Notes under the pieces: generated by a model
What the model was told of the DNA's origin: nothing
The model's database searches: none
What the model saw: only the letters and a program-made list of their open reading frames with translations
Part shown: positions 63,085 through 64,000 of the stretch, piece by piece
How the letters are laid out: every line of letters begins with the position of its first letter
Numbering within the stretch: the stretch's first letter is position 1
Made by a program: the position numbers and the translations under genes
NCBI RefSeq assembly: GCF_963921235.1
Contig: NC_086118.1
Span: 38,254,001-38,318,000 of the forward strand
Source of the DNA: Mobula hypostoma
Taxonomy: Eukaryota
Direction of reading: 5' to 3'
DNA length: 64,000 bases

Positions 63085-63930
63085 AAGTGGAGTATATGCT
63101 TTCCATGGGTTCCACCTCCTGAAGGGGGCACTCATGTCAGCCTCAGGGACTGAAATCACAGTGTCACAGGGGACTATGAGAGCTTGTGATGGTACCTGCA
63201 TGTTTTTATGGTCAAAGCGAGCATAAAAGGTTTTGAGCTCATCTTGGAGTGACGACCGGTTGTCACCCATGTTCCTAGGTTTCTCCTTGTAGGAGGTGAT
63301 AGCATTCAAGCCCTGCCACAGTGTTGAGCATCCTTCAGTGGCTCTGGTTTGGTCCAGAATCTCACACATGAGATGGCTTTCTGGAGCTTGTACCTGGAGC
63401 TCTTCTACTTATTTGGCTGTGAGACCTGAATGCCTCTGATCTGGCCTTCAACAGATTGCGGATCTCATTATTCATCCAGGGCTTCTGTTTGAGGAAGACC
63501 CTTAATGATTTTGTGGCAACATACTCGTCTACGACTATTTCAATAAAATCTGTGACAATGTAGTATTATTCATTCAGATCCTCTAATGAGTTATCGAACG
63601 TGGCCCAATCTATCGACTCAAAGCAATCCTGTAACTACTCTTCTGCCTCCCACAATCACCTTGTTGTTGTCCTTATCCCTGGAGCCCTGTTCTTTAGCCT
63701 TTGCCTGTGTGCCGGTAGGAGGACAGACAAATAATCAGAATTCCCAAAATGCAGTCTAGGCATATAGGGGCAGGCATTTCTAATCAGTGAAATGGCCAAG
63801 TATGTTGGGACCCCTGGTGCTGTGGGTGATATGTTAATGATAATTGGTCAGAGATTTCTTCAAACAAGCCTGATTGACGTCATCAACAATGATTTGAAAG
63901 GTGTCAGGGTAGGTTGCTTCTTGTTTGCTG
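63085..63930 (-). mobile_element. Rex1/Babar-like LINE ORF2 N-terminal part (endonuclease and linker), decayed
   Basis: IVDDVNQACLKKSL..TRGPNILGH, RVFLKQKPWMN, LWQGLNAITSYK..DELKTFYARFD. Confidence 0.8.
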
Positions 63931-64000
63931 CTTATGGAAAAATGAAAATGAGCAATCGTGGGTGAAAGGAACACCTCAGCAATGTAGTACACACTACTGA

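Noticed and set aside
1-64000. A named host gene or any prokaryotic system
   Set aside because: No chain of exons gives a recognisable protein. The repeat content, microsatellites and CpG depletion are those of a vertebrate genome.

Overview
This is eukaryotic, transposon-saturated DNA, most likely intronic or intergenic sequence from a cartilaginous fish (shark or ray). That assignment is inferred from HE1-type V-SINEs together with dense CR1, Rex1-like and Penelope families. I could not recognise any host protein-coding gene, rRNA, tRNA gene or CRISPR array, and nearly all long ORFs in the track are decayed transposon frames. Contents: many CR1 LINEs (one near full length), Rex1/Babar-like and RTE LINE fragments, a decayed full-length Gypsy LTR element carrying three nested insertions, a full-length IR/DR-type Tc1 (DD34E), several MITEs, and Penelope-like elements whose pseudo-LTRs carry minimal hammerhead ribozyme motifs. 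There are also four tRNA-CORE SINEs with an RTE-type tail and three copies of a young ~680-bp non-autonomous retroelement. The most unusual items are (i) a composite MITE whose ends are themselves palindromic mini-transposons that also occur solo, (ii) a cluster of hammerhead-bearing Penelope pseudo-LTRs including an inverted pair, (iii) the ~680-bp element with a YY1-motif head and no Pol III promoter, and (iv) a DR4/DR1 nuclear-receptor half-site cluster in a repeat-poor island. Coordinates of old, decayed repeats are approximate, and family names come from motif recognition, not database searches.
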